Origin: Actinomycetes bacterium
Lineage (GTDB): Bacteria > Actinomycetota > Actinomycetes > Actinomycetales > Microbacteriaceae
Direction: 5' to 3'
DNA: 64,000 nucleotides
NCBI GenBank assembly: GCA_029779645.1
Contig: JAKPAC010000030.1
Location: forward strand, 19,624-83,623
The notes below the pieces were generated by a model. The model did no database searches, was not told the origin of the DNA, and saw only the letters and a list, made by a program, of their open reading frames with translations. Positions 59,151 to 64,000 of the stretch are shown here, in pieces (positions within the stretch are counted from its first letter, which is position 1; each line of letters opens with the position of its first letter). The translations under genes were made by a program, and so were the position numbers.

Positions 59151-64000
<4,850 letters not shown>

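Overview
High-G+C actinobacterial chromosomal segment. Gene content and the RpoB N-terminus look Microbacteriaceae-like, but that is inference only. I call about 55 protein-coding genes, one tRNA-Arg(ACG), two genes that look frameshifted, and the start of the rpoB-rpoC operon at the right edge. Genes are tightly packed, with many ATGA/GTGA start-stop overlaps. The many long antisense ORFs in the track are ordinary high-GC artefacts.

Recognisable content:
- an ABC-2 exporter
- a MarR regulator next to a DUF2207 protein
- a membrane-anchored GH5 hydrolase
- a heterodimeric ABC exporter
- MMPL + histidine kinase + response regulator, followed by DUF2871-MFS-tocopherol-cyclase-like genes
- a SWIM-SNF2 helicase
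- a thioredoxin / CoA-disulfide-reductase-rhodanese / CsoR-family operon with a matching operator palindrome
- an S9 peptidase
- a disrupted AlkA-like glycosylase
- an orphan winged-helix regulator
- an LAXTG-anchored repeat surface protein
- Lhr helicase
- a second two-component system with an ABC/FtsX pair
- pxpABC

I found no CRISPR array, rRNA, transposase, integrase or prophage genes.

I cannot point to a clear novel multi-gene system. The most unusual items are:
1. The CstR-like sulfur/thiol-stress operon and its operator.
2. A near-consensus promoter that would give a leaderless, Cys-rich 33-codon sORF and a folded leader, inside a 927-bp non-coding gap upstream of the orphan regulator.
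3. An in-frame (GCGGAG)8 microsatellite inside a response-regulator receiver domain.
4. A 10-bp tandem duplication that breaks the glycosylase gene.
5. Several unusual domain architectures.

All family assignments rest on motifs I recognised by eye. No database search was run.
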